From Escherichia phage vB_EcoM_PhAPEC2, in the sequence record NC_024794.1: a stretch of 64,000 nt of DNA; one strand, written 5' to 3'. Within the stretch, counting starts at the first letter, position 1. Every line of letters starts with the position of its first letter. The position numbers and the translations under genes are program-made. The notes under the pieces are model-generated. The model saw only the letters and a program-made list of their open reading frames with translations, made no database searches and was not told the DNA's origin. This document shows positions 63,593 to 64,000 of this stretch, piece by piece.

Positions 63593-63622
63593 ATAGTACC
63601 ATTATCAGTGTTGATTGTAAAC
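63593..63622 (-). promoter_or_regulatory. T4 early-type promoter (GTTTACA-N17-TACTAT) for asiA
   Basis: Minus strand GTTTACAATCAACACTGATAATGGTACTAT, ~35 nt upstream of asiA ATG. Confidence 0.55.
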
Positions 63623-63766
63623 AGCTTTTTCTACACTTTTAACGTAATCAGTGTAGTCTTCCTGTTCATACGAGTGTAAGGCCAAGAATGTGGCTAATAG
63701 TTCATTATAGACTAAAGCCTCACGCTCACGTTCTGCCTCTACTACGTTCTGAAGATTATGGCTCAT
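63605..63766 (-). CDS. hypothetical small acidic protein (53 aa from ATG 63766)
   Basis: ATG with SD AAGGAA; track start 63820 overlaps next ORF. Confidence 0.5.
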   Translation of the reverse strand: MSHNLQNVVEAEREREALVYNELLATFLALHSYEQEDYTDYVKSVEKAVYNQH

Positions 63767-63767
63767 A

Positions 63768-64000
63768 TCATTCCTTATAACTATCAATGTAGTCCTGTAT
63801 GTCAAAGAATGACATTTCATATTCTAGGACATTAAGAGCCCGTTCTTCAGTATAGTCAGAACCAAATACGATAGTGATTTCACCAGGCTTCATATGATTG
63901 AAATCGACACTAAAAGGAATACGAGAACATACTTCGTCTGCCATATCTGCAACAACACTACGATACACTTCTCGGTTAACCTGATAAAGCTCTGCGAGTT
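63768..64000 (-). CDS. hypothetical acidic protein, 5' end beyond window (T4 arn position)
   Basis: Frame stays open to the window edge; stop TGA 63768-63770; T4 order is t-asiA-arn. Confidence 0.4.
   Translation of the reverse strand, partial: LAELYQVNREVYRSVVADMADEVCSRIPFSVDFNHMKPGEITIVFGSDYTEERALNVLEYEMSFFDIQDYIDSYKE

Overview
The window is a near-colinear ~64 kb segment of a T4-like (T-even, Tequatrovirus-type) myovirus genome, running from the 3' end of neck gene 13 through the virion morphogenesis genes, recombination/replication genes, the nucleotide-metabolism cluster and the long tail fibre genes to t (holin) and asiA. Most large ORFs are recognisable from length, order and remembered T4 protein sequence; no database search or computation was run, so homology calls are from memory and hairpins/promoters were read by eye. 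Regulatory signals are dense: exact TATAAATA late promoters 20-40 nt upstream of late genes, a repeated minus-strand early-promoter motif (GTTTAC[A/T]-N16-17-TACTAT), MotA-box middle promoters, and a family of GC-stem tetraloop terminators. No rRNA, tRNA, CRISPR array, transposon or integrase was seen. The strongest candidate for something unusual is a full-length AroG-type DAHP synthase (36842-37834) inserted between cd and pseT, where I do not recall a T4 gene. Other points of interest are a NADAR-like ORF near the Alt ADP-ribosyltransferase, an opposite-strand early gene between genes 23 and 24, two small ORFs missing from the ORF track, a T2-type gp37/gp38 receptor-binding module, and the absence of introns and homing endonucleases at T4's usual sites. 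The ORF track appears to accept GTG/TTG starts, so several starts were moved to the ATG that follows the promoter and Shine-Dalgarno (SD) sequence.
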